Assembly (NCBI RefSeq): GCF_018977255.1
Contig: NW_024704746.1
Location: forward strand, 67,518,001-67,582,000
Source of the DNA: Callorhinchus milii
Lineage: Eukaryota
DNA: 64,000 nt
Reading direction: 5' to 3'
Made by a program: the position numbers and the translations under genes. This document shows, in pieces, positions 1 to 13,671 of the stretch (within the stretch, counting starts at the first letter, position 1; every line of letters starts with the position of its first letter). Under the pieces are notes generated by a model that saw only the letters and a program-made list of their open reading frames with translations, was not told where the DNA came from and made no database searches.

Positions 1-1167
1 TCCTCTCTCCCCCTCCCCACCCACCCCCAGCCCCCTCTCCCTCCCCCCGACAGACACGTCAGCCCGGCCCTGTGCTGCGAGTTCCTTTGCTGTGCTGCGG
101 CTCTGCCTTGTTGCACACACGCACGACTCCCCTGCGAGAGCTGTCGGATTTGCTATGGAGTCGCACGGAATAATTACGGCAGAAACAAAACGCGTGTAAT
201 TGGAATGGGTCTTATTTATTCTACATTATCACCGTTTTTGCACATCAAAGCCTTCCTGCCTCCCCAGAGCTCCGGCCATCTCATGCCCCGCTGGAGATTT
301 CTTCCAAAGTGTTGAGATTAATTTGTGTTTCTCTCTCTCTCCCCCACCCCTTCCCCCCCTTCTCTCACTCCCCCTCCTCTCTCCCAACATCTCCTCTCTC
401 TCTCTCGCCTCTGAGTCCAGAAGGTTATGGGTTCAAGCCCCACGTCGGGGACTTTGAGCTCAGTCTTAGGCAGCACTGGGGAGATGGGGGGGGGTTGGTA
501 AGCTTTGTTACAGGTGTTGTCCTTCGAATAAGCACCAGCACAGACCCCGATGGGGGAAAGAGCAGAATAATAATAATAATCCTTGTATTTGATCACATCA
601 CAGAGGCATCTCAAAGCGCTTCACAGAACACTGTAAAGTGACTATATTTCGTGGGCGAAACGCGGCAGCCAATTGCGCACAGCAGCGTCCCCGCAAACAG
701 CCGTGGATTGAGTCACCAAATTATTTTAGAGTAGAGAGCTCCAGTGGGGGAGCGAGCACCAGCACAGACACGGCGGGGAGAAAGAGAGAGAGAGAGAGAA
801 AGAGAGCAATGAAATACTCTTAAGAAAAGGAGTGGACAGCAGTTCGATGAGGGGCGGCACACGGATGTTGCAGGAATAAAATAAACAGGAATGTATCACA
901 AGATGGCAAATTAGTGTTCCCCCTCTCTCCGCGGAAGTCATTCAAACCAATTCAGCGAGTAAATGGGCAAAGAGAGAGACCGGCGAAGTGGGCGGAGAGA
1001 GAGAGAGAGAGAGAGGAGAGAGAGCGCTGTATATTGAGCACCTTCAGGGATGAAGAGGTGGGTTCCAATTAATTTCCCCGGGGTGGTCAAGCAGCAGCTC
1101 AGAAAAGACACAGAATCCACGAGTTAGGCTGGGGCTGAAGCAGGTTCCTGGGTCCACTTGATCTCCT

Positions 1168-1495
1168 TAATAATAATAATAATTCTTGTATTTGATAGAG
1201 CGCTTTTCACGTCGGGAGGACGTCCCAAAGCGCTTCACAGAACACACCGCAAAGTGAATTGACTGTATATTTGTGGGCGAACGCGGCGGCCGATTGCGCA
1301 CAGCAATGTCCCACAGACAGTCGTGGATTGAAAATGACCAATTTAATTATTGTTTTGGGTTTTTTTTGGAGGGATTATTATTAGGCTCTGTGTGGAGTAA
1401 GGAAACTTGCCCAAGGTTTCGCCCTCTGCCTGGAATTGAACTCAGGTCTCTCACTTGCAAAGCGAGTGCTCTAACCACTGAGCTACAGGACTCCA
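1168..1495 (-). mobile_element. Full-length tRNA(Ala)-derived SINE, short subfamily
   Basis: Head GGAGTCCTGTAGCTCAGTGGTTAGAGCACTCGCTTTGCAAGTGAG with A/B boxes, (TTA)n tail; near-identical to the copy at 17915-18236. Confidence 0.92.
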
Positions 1496-4400
1496 TGCAG
1501 CCTTTGCGCGTGTGTGTGCGTCAGCCTGGCTCAGTGGTAGCGCTCTCTCTCTCTCTCTCTCTCTCTCGCTGCTCAACAGTCAGAAGGTTGTGGGTTCAAG
1601 CCCCCACCTCGGGACTTGGAATCACACAGTCTAAGCTGACGCCCCCAAATGGAGAGTTCAGGAGTTTGGGGCAAGAGCACCGCACGTTAAACCTCACCCC
1701 GCCCCCACTCCCCCCCCCGGGAAAAGAGAAAGGAATTTCTCTGTTTCTCTCTCTCTCGCTCTCCTGGCCAACAATTCCCCCCCCCCCCAGATAAAATCGC
1801 TCGCTCACTCGCTCGCTTCCTGGCTGTCCGTCGGGGACGTCGCTGTGCATTTCATCCACGAAATACACAGTCACCGCACTTGGTGAGTGGGGTGGTACGA
1901 TCCAGGCTGGTGCCCGCTTAGCGGAGGGAGCGGCTGGGTCTATGGGGGGGGGGGGGGGGGGGGGGAGATCCCCGTGTCTCTCGGTCTATTTCTTCTGCTA
2001 CATTCTCCCCCCACAGCCCTCCCCGCACACCCAACTCCCGCTACGCTCACCCGTTGGACGAGATCAACACTCCACCCCGGGAGGGTCAGTGGGATGCTTT
2101 TGCAATGCTCCCCCTTCTGTGGGGTGTGGAGGGTATCTGGGGAGGGGGGAGGGAGTGAGATGGGGGGGGATCGAGAGAAACTCCCTTCTCTTTTCGAACA
2201 GCACCCCCCGTCGGATCTTTCACATCCATCCCTGGCAGTGTCAACACTGTACAATCTGTATCAATCTCACGACTGCTGAAACAGTTCCCCTTGTGTGTCA
2301 GGAATCCGTGTATACATGCGTGTGCGTGCGTGTGAGTTGGTGCCTGTATCAGTGTGTGTGTGGCTCAGTCGGAAGCCAATTGCGCATAGCGGTGTCCCCG
2401 CAAACAGCCGTGGCTTGAATGACCAAATCATCACTGTCAATTTATTGTCGGTGGGCGGGGGCCGGATGCGGCCCGCGGGCCGGCAGTTGGACCGCCGTGC
2501 TTTACAGGATTAATCCCCGTAATAAGCATCCAAAGGTCAACAGTGATCCTCGGTCGACAAGTTTGCTACAGAATGTGCCCCCGAAGAGTGTCTGGCCCTT
2601 TAATTTTCACCTCCTCAAGTGGTCCTGCGGATTAGCTGGTGGGGGGCGGTGGGGCGGTGTGGGGGGGGGGGCGGTGTGGGGGCAATGGGCGGGTACCACA
2701 CAGCAAGTGGGAAGCAAAGCCACTCTCATTACATGAGCCGCTGGTCTCCCGGCAACCGTCGTCAAAGCAACGGCAGCATCCCCCGGATACACCCCCCCCC
2801 CCCCTCCCCCCCCCGCCCCTCCCCTCCCCGCCCCCTCCCCGCCACACTATCTATCGGCTGTTTCCAGCCCCGGTCTGAGACCAGGGATCTTAATAACAAT
2901 CAGAGAGGGTTTCTGTGTGTGTGTGTGTGTGCGTCCGTGTGGGTGTGCACCTGCTTCGGTACGTTTGCGTGTGTCAGTCTGTACGTGAGCGTGTGTGAAT
3001 ACATACCTGTGTGTGTGTGTGTATACACACCTGTTTCAGTATGTGTGAGCGCGTGTATGTATTTGTTTCGCTCGGTGCGTGTGAATGCGTGTTGGTGTGT
3101 TTGTGAGTGTGTGTATACGCATTTCAGTTTCTGTGTACGCGCGTGTGTGTGTGTGTCAGTGAGTACGTGTGTGTGTGTGTGCGCGCACGCGTGTATACCT
3201 GTTTCAGTATGTGTGTGCGTTTATACCCCACACGCCTCTGTTTACCCAGTGGTAAGCAGGAACCCAGTTGTTGGGATAATTGGCGGATCGCTTTCCGGGG
3301 ATAATAATCCCTTCAAAAAAATAACAGTTTGGTCACTCAATCCCCGACTGTTTGCGGGAACGCCGCTGTGCGCAATTGGCTGCCGCGGTTTTGCCCGCAA
3401 GACATGCGCAGTGGCTGCGCGTCCCCGTAAAACCTCGAGCGGCGTTTTTAAGGAACTGGCGCATAGGGCTTGGATGAGGACTTATGATTTACAGAGCGAG
3501 AACGCACGGTGAAGCTAATGGGTTAAAGGCAGGTCACTGGAGGGCAGCCCACATCTCCCGCTGCCTCCGTTTAATATTCACGACAGCTACAGAGCCAACG
3601 AAGGCAGAGAGACTGGCTGAGGGCACGTGTCGGAGAGAGTTGGGGGGGGGGGGGGTAGAAGGGAGGGGAGAGAATAACCTGGACACCCCTATTATCTCCT
3701 TACAACCACCCCCCCCCCCCCCCGGGAGAAATTCCCACTCGGGCGTAGATTTCTTCTATTTAAGCAGCAATAATTATAATAATAATAATAATAATCCTTG
3801 CACTTGATGCGGCGCCTGATCACGTCCTCGAGACGCCTCAAAAGCACTTCGCGGGACAGACCGCAGAGTGAATTGACAGTGGGTTTTGTGGGCGAAACGC
3901 GGCAGTCAATTGCGCACAGCAGCTTAGGGTTAGGGTGAGGGTCCCCACAGACGGTCGTGGATTGAGTGACCACTTTTTGGTCCCCTCGCTTGCGAGGCGA
4001 GCGCTCTGACCGATGCACCACAGGACTCCCATGTCAGAGTGGACCAAATCTTTGTGGGTCAGCCCGGCTCTGTCACTAACAATCTCACCAATACCAAATC
4101 CAAGGATTATTATCGTTATTATTATTGTTATTATTATAATGTGGAGGGTGAAATGACTGTGTATCTTGTGGGGGTGAAATGTGGCAGCCAATTTGCGCAG
4201 AGGATTAGTGTAGAGAGCTCCACTCGCTGTGTGTGGGGGCGAATTTAAGAGAGAGAGAGTAGAGAGATTGGATTAGAACCAAGAGTTTTATCGTGGGGGG
4301 AGGGGGACTGAACTCACAGTCCAGGCTGACGCTCCAGCGAAGCTCTGGGTGGGGGGGGGGGGGAGAGAGAGAGAGAGAGCCCCTTTCCCCTCTCCTCCTC

Positions 4401-7400
4401 TAATTTCCCGCTACCTCACCCCCCTCTTCACTTGCCCTCTTTCCCCCTCCTCCCCCCCGCCACCCTGCGAGAGGGGCGCTATATAAATGCAAATTGTCGT
4501 TGTGCCTCCCCCTCTCCCTCGCTTATGCCCCCCCCCCCACCCCCCAACCCTCTCCTCCCTCCCCACGCCAAGTAATTAAACAGCACAGTGATAGAGGGCG
4601 AAGTCAGCCTCCCTGACTCTGACGGAACAAAACGCTCTCACCCACAGCACCGCTCACTGACCTGGAAAAGTCAATACAGATCTTTAATTCCCTCCGCGAA
4701 TGAAACGAGAGGCTGTGGATTGTGAAGAGCCGAGATTCGGAAATCTGGCAAATAATAATAATAATACTATAATAATAATAATCCTTGCATTTGATACGGC
4801 GCCTCATCACGCCTTCGAGGCATTTCAAGGCGCTTCACGGAATATACTGTGAAGCGCAGTGACCGTGTATTCTGTGGGCGAAACAGTTACCCCAATAGCA
4901 CACTCTCGGCTCTCCCCCCCCCCCCACCCCACCCAATACTCTCCGGAATTAGGTAAGCTGGACGCGTCCAGAGGAGACACGGGGAAATTTACACACGTGA
5001 GCGTGTCCGGCACGTATGGACGTCTCAGTCTGGTTCAGAGACTCTTAAGCACGGTGATGGGTCAGGAAGTTGGCTGACCAGATTTCTCCCCCCGTCGCCC
5101 ACCCCACCCATTCCTCCCCCCCCCCCGTCACAGCCGGAAGGGTCCCAAAATGGATAAGCGTTGCACGGAGACAAAAGTCACAGTGTATCCTGCGAAGCGC
5201 TACGAGACGTCTCGACGACCCGATAGGGCGCTCTGTCAAATGCAAGGATTATTGTTATTAGTATTATTATTATTTTCAACAGCATCAGAAATGCAAATGG
5301 CAAAATACACAAAACACACACAGCTCAGATTATGCAAATGTTTGCCCACCTCCACCACCCCTCACCTCACCCCCACCCCCCCCCCACTACACCCTCTGTG
5401 AGAGTTTCTGTCTCTGGTGTTTCCAGGGAAACGCTGGTGAATGCAGTCAGCCGTGCATCCCTCTCTCTCTCTTAACACGCTGACGCCAGTCCTGCTGCCA
5501 TGTTAACCAACTCCCCATGAAAATCCCAACGTGATTGACAAAGCCTTTTATATATCCTTTCACTCACGCCCGTCGCAACTCCCTCTCGCCAACCCCCCCA
5601 CCCAAGCCCACCCCCTTGTCAAGTGCAAGGATTATTATTATTATTATTATTATTGTCCGACTAGGGCTTTGGCTTGCGGGGTTAACGGGAGCTGAGTGGG
5701 GGAGGATTCATGGCCCCCACCCCCCACACACACACTCACTCACTCTCTCTCTCTCACACACACACACACGCATTCACGCACACACAGACATAACGGCACA
5801 AGTACAGTTAAAGGTCTGTCACGTTGACAGCAGGAGCCCTGAGGGAGAATGACGTGAGCTTCAGGTTAAGTTACACAAAGGAGCGAAGGCGTATCTTACA
5901 GGTAAAAACTCCCCGGCGCAAGAGTCAGCGGGAGGGAGACTGCAGAGAAAAGCCACCGACCGCTATGATAATAATGATAATAATAATCCTGGCATCTGAC
6001 ACAGCGCCTGGTCACGTTGTCGAGCCGTCTCACAGCGCTTCACGGCATACATTGCAAAGTGTAGTGACTGTGTGTTTTGCGGGCGAAACGCGGGGCAGCC
6101 AATTGCGCCCAGCGACGTCCCCACAAGCGGCCGTGCATCGAGTGATCAAATTATTTAGATATGTCCGTCTTCGCCTGTTCGGGTGGATGTTAAAGATCCC
6201 GCGGCGCTGTTCAAAAAGAAAAGGGAGTTTCTCTCTCTCCCCCCCCCACCCCCCGTGTCCTGGCCGACAATCCCCCCCCCCCCACACACCATGACGGTTT
6301 GTATTACGCTGCTGTGCGCAAATTGGCTGCGGTGTTCACCCATAAAAATACACAGTCACCGCACTTTATAGTAGATGGTGTGAAGCACTTTGCGATAATA
6401 ATGATAATAATAATAATAGTGCTGGCGCCTGACCCGCCACCTTATCACGCCTTCGAGACGTCTCAAAGCGCTTGGCAGGATACGCTGCGAAGTGGAGCGA
6501 CTGCGTGTCTTGCAGGCGAAACGCGGCGGCCGATTGCGCCCAGCGGCGTCCCCACGAGCGGTGGCGGAGCGAGTGACCGGACGTCCCCCTGTGAGGGAGG
6601 ACGTTCCTCCTGGCGTGAAAGACGCCACAATCAATCGCAAGGATTATTATTATCAATATTATTATTGGAGGGCGAGAGGGGCTGACTTGAGCCAGGCTGA
6701 CATGATATCATCCTGGTGCCCTGTCCTGTCCTGTCCTGTCACCGCGGGTACAATAAAACACATTGTTCCCCCGAATAAAAGATTAACAATGAACAGAAAA
6801 TTCTAACTCCTTGTCGATCTCACACGCTTTTTTTTAAAAAAAAAGACGTCTCATCCTCGAGAGCATTAAATAACAAATCCTTTCACGAAACACAAAGGGA
6901 TGATTGATTCAACTTTCTCTCTGTCTGTCCGTGATACCCACACACCCTACCCCCCCCACTCCTCCCCCTCCTCCCCCCCCCACCCCACACAACACCTCAC
7001 TCAATGCTGGTATCACACCTGGGCTTCATTCCAGATATTTCCACACGGAGAACCACACAGCAGAAATGACAGCACAAAAAGAGGCCATTCGGCCCATCGC
7101 GTCTGTGCTGGGGCTCGCGACCCCACTGGAGCGCTCGACTCTAACCCCAATCCCCTGCGTTTTCTCTCTCTGTCTCTCTCTCTCCCCCCATCGTGTCTGC
7201 GCTGGTGACAAGGTCATGTTTGGTGAGAACAACACAGCGCTCCTCAAGAGGTATAGCGGCCCAGTTAGTCACGATCAAAGAAAAGCTCTTCAGCCACGAC
7301 CCCTGAAGATGGGGAGGGAGGAAGGGAGGGAGGGAACGAAGGAAGGGGACGAGGTGGAGGGCTGGAGGGAGAGTGGCCCAGGGTGGCAGGGCTCCAAAGT

Positions 7401-7430
7401 AGACGAGGGGAGACGAGAGCGACTTCTTAC

Positions 7431-7454
7431 GCGTAAAACGAAACGACAGACCAT
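7431..7454 (-). CDS. Candidate alternative first coding exon of FRMD4A (..AFDGCRNVLLW-MVCRFVLR)
   Basis: ATG at 7454, 8 codons, phase-0 donor CGC|GTAAGA. The frame stays open upstream as far as a TAA near 7567. Resembles an alternative FRMD4A N-terminus recalled with low certainty. Confidence 0.4.
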
Positions 7455-8120
7455 CCACAACAACACGTTGCGACAACCATCGAAGGCTGAGAACAGCTGC
7501 CGTTCACCAATATACGTGTGTAACAGGGAGGAGAGAGAGAGAGAGACTGTACGGCAAGGCCCTGGTTAATGAGCCCATTCCTGTCAAGGACGCGAGCATC
7601 TTTATTCCCCTCTGAGATCAGATGACATCTTCTTTGGCTGCAAGGCACAAAGCGAGCCCCCCCCACCCCCGCCACCACCACCCGCACCCTCCATCACCCA
7701 CCGATACTCCCTCTCCCCACATAGACCTGGACCTTAACCTAATGCTCTCCGCACGACCATCTCTCACTAAGAGTATACGCACACCGCACCACATCGACAC
7801 AATACAGACGCGCGCACACGAGCCCGCGCGCGCGCCCACGCACACGCGAACGCACGCGCAAAAGCGCACACGCGCGCGCACTGCAATTTCAATGCATCGC
7901 TGCATGAAATGGAACGTGACATGTTATTCAACGGGTAATTTTGTTTCTCCGGGGAGGGGGGGGGGTGGGCAGTGGGAGGGAGGATGGGGAGTGGGAGGGG
8001 AGGTGGTGGTGGTGGTGGGGGGGGGGGGGGGGAGAGGAGTGGGGTGGGGTGGAGAGGAGGGAGGGAGGGGTAGGGGAGAATGCAACAGCGATAGAAAAGA
8101 AATAAACGTGAATTATTTAC

Positions 8121-8165
8121 CGTCAGTAAGCTGAAAGCAGGTTCAGAATCACACTGCATTGCCAT
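8121..8165 (-). CDS. FRMD4A: FERM domain-containing protein 4A, first coding exon (MAMQCDSEPAFSLLT); rest of gene lies left of the window
   Basis: ATG at 8165, 15 codons, then a phase-0 donor ACG|GTAAAT. Same length as and similar to the recalled human first coding exon MAVQLVPDSALGLLM. Strand and position downstream of FAM107B match human synteny. Confidence 0.8.
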
Positions 8166-11100
8166 GCTCGGCACTGCTCCTCTCCTCCCCCAGTTGAAAG
8201 CAAACGCCCTCACATTAAGCAAGTCTCGGGTCTCTCCGTGCGTTTTTTTTGGGGTGGGGGGTGGGAGGGGAGGGGAGGGGATGGACGGGGGGTGTGGGGG
8301 GGGGGGGGGCTGAGGGCTGAGCATCCACACACCTAAAATAGGCAACAGAGACAACAGAGGGAGAGAGGGAGAGAGGCAGAGCGAGAGCGAGAGAAAGAGA
8401 GAGAGAAAGAGAGAGAGAAGCCAAAGGGAACAATGCTTAATTACTGCCTCCAGTCAAACTGATCTCCCCCCCCCCAAAAAAAAAAGGAAAGCAATAACAC
8501 AAAGAAAGGCAGAGGGAGGGAGGGAGGGAGGGAGGGAGGGAAGAGGAGAGGGAAAAATAAGCTTAATTCGATATGAAAGATCATTGGTATTTTTTTTTGG
8601 GGGGGGGGGAAATAAATTGAGGCGATTCGGGAGATAGCAAACAGCAAGTCGCAAGCCCATCGAGAAAATAATAATAATCCTCGCAATTGATAAGGCGCCT
8701 CATCACGTCACCGAGACCTCATAGGATACAGTGGAGTGACCGCGTGTTTTTTTTGGGTGGGGGGGGGGAGTGAAACACGGCAGCCAATTGCGCACAGCAG
8801 CGTCCCAACCAACAGCCGTGGGATTGAGTACCCAAATTTATTAATTTTTTTGGGAAGGGATTATTTTACCCCCCGGAAAGCCATCCGCCAATCGCCTAAC
8901 AACCGGGTTCCTACTTAATGCTGGTAACCTGGTGTGTGGAGTACGGAAAAGGTTTCACCCTGACCCGGGGAATCGAACCCGGCTCCTCTCGCTTGCGAGG
9001 CGAGTGCTCTAACCAAACCACACTCCGGCGTCGCCGCGAGACAGCAAGACGCCCTGTGCCACGTGCCTCAGCCCCTCTCCATCGCTCTCCATCACTCTCT
9101 CACCCTCCCTCCCTTTCCCTCCCCCTCTCTCTCTCTCACTACATCGCTGGAACCAGGCGCAAAGCGGTAAAGCAGCTGAGAGGCTGATAATTCACTGGAT
9201 TGTAATTACCTTAATCCCCACTTCACACGTGAATTGGTTCAGGGTAATAAGTCCCCACCCCCCCCCCATCACCCCCACCGCTGCACCCCATTACCTTTCA
9301 TGTTATCAAACGCTCTCCTCTTTCTCAATCACTCGCTCCCTTCTCCCCTCTCCTCCTCCGCTTCCCCCAAATGGACTATTAAGCAGAGACACCCCCCAAA
9401 TCCCCCCCTCCTCCTCCGCCAAACCCCCCCCCACCCCCCGCACACCGCCACCCCCAAGGGACAGACACACATTGACTGCAAACACACTTAGGGACCAACA
9501 ATCACACTCTCTACACCAAGAGAGATGAACTCGGCAGACAAAAGGCATTCAACACATCAGCGCAGACTATTCTGTGTCACTGCCTCAGGGTCAACACACA
9601 CTCAACTAATTACAGGGAATGGGTCACACTTTAAAATCAGAAAGACAGAGGGAGAGAAAGAGAGAGAGAGACAGACATCTACATAGAGAGATGCACAGAG
9701 AGAGGAGAGAGAGACAGACATCTACATAGCTCTCTACAGAGAGGAGAGAGACAGAGAGAGTGTGACAGACATCTACATAAAGAGATGCACAGAGAGAGTG
9801 AGAGGGGAGAGACAGAGACCTACACAGAGAGACAGAGAGGCGCTCACACAGAGACGCAAATACAGAGACCTACACAGACAGACGGAGAGAGAGAGAGAGA
9901 GGGAGAGAGACATCTACAAAGAGAGAGATGCAAAGCGAGAGAGTGAGAGAGAGTTGCGCACGTGTGCAAGGAGAGCAGTGTAGAAATAAATCACTCCCTA
10001 ATACAGTAAATTGACTGGATTCTCAACACCCAGAGACAACTGTTGGCTGTGGCAATTTTTTTTAACCACAGGGTCGAGACAGACTGTGTAAATGTTTACA
10101 CTGGTTACCCAGAGACCCAGTGCCACCAGTAAACTCCACTAAAATACTAACCCGGCGGCAGAATACTGAAGCTGCTTCAATGAGCTGATGCCTTTTATTA
10201 TTATTAATAATAACAATCGTCGCATTTCACACAGCGCCTCATCGCGCCTTCGAGACGTCTCAAAACGCTTCACAGGATACACTGTGAAGTGAATTGACTG
10301 TGGATTTTGTGGGCGAAACGCAGCAGCCAATTGCGCACAGCGGTGTCCCCCACAAACAGCCGTGGATTGAGTGACCCACAAGGGATTATTACCCCCTGGA
10401 AAGCGATTGACTAATAACTGGGTCCCTATAGCTGTTTGTGGGGACGCCCCTGTGCGCAATTGGCTGCCAAGTTTCGCCCACAAAATATAGTCACCCCACT
10501 TCGCAGTGCAGCCTCCTGTGAAGCGCTTTGAGACGTCTCGACGACGTGACGAGACGCTGTGTCGGATGCGAGGATTATTACTGAACGATTCGAGAGGAAG
10601 CTGCAGCTTCACAGGAGGGAGAGGGGAATAGAAGGGCGTGGGAGGGAGTGGGGTATGGGTGAAGAATCACGTGGAGTATAAAGACAGGCACAGTCTGGTT
10701 GGGCCGAGTGACCGGTTTCCGTGCTGTACATTCTTTGTAAATCCCTTAATGTCATTCCCGAAGATCCTTTCGCCACAGCTCTTATTATCCTTCCTCTCCA
10801 GCCCTCCAATTCACCTAATACCCTAACCCAAGCCCTTATCTCCATATCTCCTAATACTATTACACAAGTCTATCTCTGTGTCCCTCATTAAACTTACTCC
10901 TCCTCTTCTACCAATCTTAAGTGTAATTCCACCCTAATCCGGGCGATTATTGTCGCTCCAGTCACATCAAATATATTTGAAGGCTCGCCAGATATTACAA
11001 GAGACAGGCTGAGGAACTTGATTGCCCGTGTGTGTGTGGTAGTGTGCGTGGGGGGTGTGTGTGTGTGTGTTGTGTATGCGCGCGTGGTGTGTGTAAGTGT

Positions 11101-12480
11101 TTTTTATGGTGTGTGTAGTGTGTGTAAAACAAAAAAAATGGTCACCCACTCCACGGCTGTTTGTGGGGACGCTGCTGTGCGCAATTGGCTGCTACGTCTC
11201 GCCCATAAAATACACAGTCACTACACTTTACAGTACATTCTATGAAGAGCTTTGAGACGTCTCGAAGACGTGACAAAGCGCGAAATCAAATGCAAGGATT
11301 ATTATTATTATCCGGACTGCAATAAAAATATCCCTGGGTTTGATATAATACTGATCACATCAAAACGTCTCAAAGTGTGTGTGTATGTGTGTGTGTGTGT
11401 GTCAGCCTGTTGGTAGCACTCTCGCCTCGGTCAGTCATCGAGGCGTTTCGAAGTGCTTCACAGAATATACTGGAAAGTGGAGTGACTGGGCATTTTGTAC
11501 ACAGCGAAAGGCGCACTGCAGTGTCCCACAAACAGTCGTGGACTGAGTGAACAACTGTTTTTGAAGGGATTATTACCCCCGGAAAGCGATCCGCCATTCG
11601 ACTTCATACTGACTGCCGGTAAACAGAGGCGTGCGGAGTAAGGAAACTTGACTAAGATTTCGCCCGGGAATCGAAGGCCCCCTCGAGCACTGAGCTACAG
11701 GCCTAGACGGCACACACACAGTGATGAATGATATAAATTAATGGATTGCTCTTACAAGTCCCACAAGCGACAAAGCTCGGTTTACTTACAGTTACAAAGT
11801 CCGCTCACTGCTGACTGGCATCCTTAGCTCTCTCCCTGTGCAGCAACTCCATCCGGGGGACAAACCTGAGAGACAGAGAGAGTCAGAGAGGAAGAGGCAG
11901 AGTGCGGCGGAGGTAATAATAATCATAATAATCCTTGCATTTGATATGTGAAACGACGTGAAAGGTGATACACACGTGTAATTTTGCATTAATAAATGGA
12001 ATCTTGTTGTTGTATGTAGCCCCTCATCAGGTCGTGGGGACGTCTCAAGGCGCTTCACAGGATTTACTGCAAAGTTTAGTAAGTGTGTGTAGGCAAACGG
12101 GGCAGCCAGTTACACACAGCAACGTCCTACGCACAGCCATGGAGTGAGTGACCGATTTTATTTGTGGGAATGTCAGCCAGGACACCAGGAGAGAGAGAGA
12201 GAGAAAAACTCCCTTCTCTTTTCGAACAGCGCCCTGGATCTTTAACGTCCACCTGACGGTTTAACATCTCATCCGAAAGACGGTGGTCGGAGAGAAAGAG
12301 AGAGCGAGAGAGAGAGAGAGAGAGAGAGAATGGTCAGAGAAAGACTAAGACAGACTGTGACACACACTCACACACACCTATACAGACTCGACAGAGAGAG
12401 AGAGAGAGAGAGATCTTCAAATATATGATGATGATAATTACTATTATTATCCAGGCTGATAGATAGCCAACCCATCCCAA

Positions 12481-12515
<35 letters not shown>

Positions 12516-13635
12516 CTCAATTAACACGCCGTACTGTACGGTCAGCGTTAGCCGGTTCAGCACCAAGGTAATGAATGCTGTGATTGGGAACAAAACCTCT
12601 GTGCACTTTGCTGTGAAACGTGCACATCACCTGCCCCCCCCCCCCCCCCCGCCCCCCAACTCCCGACCGCATTTCCTGGGCTGTCAGCTCCCATTCCAAC
12701 ACCGTAAAGAGACACCCACCGTCCGCCGAGAGACTGGATCCGCCAAGCCGCAATAAAACACCTCTCCGCTTTAATAACAACAATCATTACACTAAATAAT
12801 TGTGTGTCAGCCTGGCTCAGTCGGTCTCGCTCTCTCTCTCTCTCTCTCATATCTGAGTCAGAAGGTTGTGGGTTCAAGCCCCCGCTGTCAGGGCTTGGAA
12901 TCACACAGTCTAAGCTGATGCTCCAGTGCAGCGCTGGGGGTGGGTTGGGGGGGGGTATGGTTCATTGTCGGAGACTCCGTCCTTCGGATGAGACGTTAAA
13001 CCTCACTCCCCGTCTGCGCCTGTTCAGGTGGACGTTAAAGATCTCGCGGCGCCGTTCGAAAAGTAAAGGAGTTTCTCTCTCTCTGTCTCTCCCGGTGTCC
13101 TGGCCGACAATGTGGGTTTAGCTGGTTAGACTCCAGCAGTTACTCCCAACGTACGCTCTGGGCTCTCCCCCCACCCCCCCCGACAAGCCTTGGCTCGTGC
13201 CAACCTGCGCCTGATACTCTCTGGAATTAGGTAAACAGAGAGAGAGAGCGAGAGAGAGAGAGAGAGCGCGTTCCATTCCATTCTCTGGGATTTCCATGCG
13301 TGGGTGGGATTAGGGTTAGTTTTGCCCACAACATGCACAGTCACGCCACTTTACTGTATATCCTGTGAAGCGCTTTGAGACGTCTCGAAGGCGAGGTAAG
13401 AGATTCGCAAACATAACCACTTGCGGGTCGATCAGTGCAATTAATTCCCTTTACTGCTTCGATCGATCTCCGTGGGGCAGCGTAGCGGCTCTGACTATAG
13501 ACACAGATTGACTGGAAACATCGCCGGGCGACAGCTATGCTTCAAGACCGATGGGCATTAAAATGCAATCAAACAAATTCATTTGACGATGGAAATCTTT
13601 TTCTCTCGTGTGACTGAGCGTCAGCAAGGCAGACA

Positions 13636-13671
<36 letters not shown>

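Noticed and set aside
1420-1495. tRNA-Ala(TGC)-like sequence (also at about 18160-18236 and 36765-36838)
   Set aside because: It is the head of a SINE: no proper acceptor stem, and it is contiguous with the SINE body and tail.
2619-3512. 297-aa ORF
   Set aside because: Made of poly-G/C, (GT)n and SINE sequence.
3924-3940. TTAGGG telomere-like repeats
   Set aside because: Only two or three units inside a SINE; not an interstitial telomeric array.
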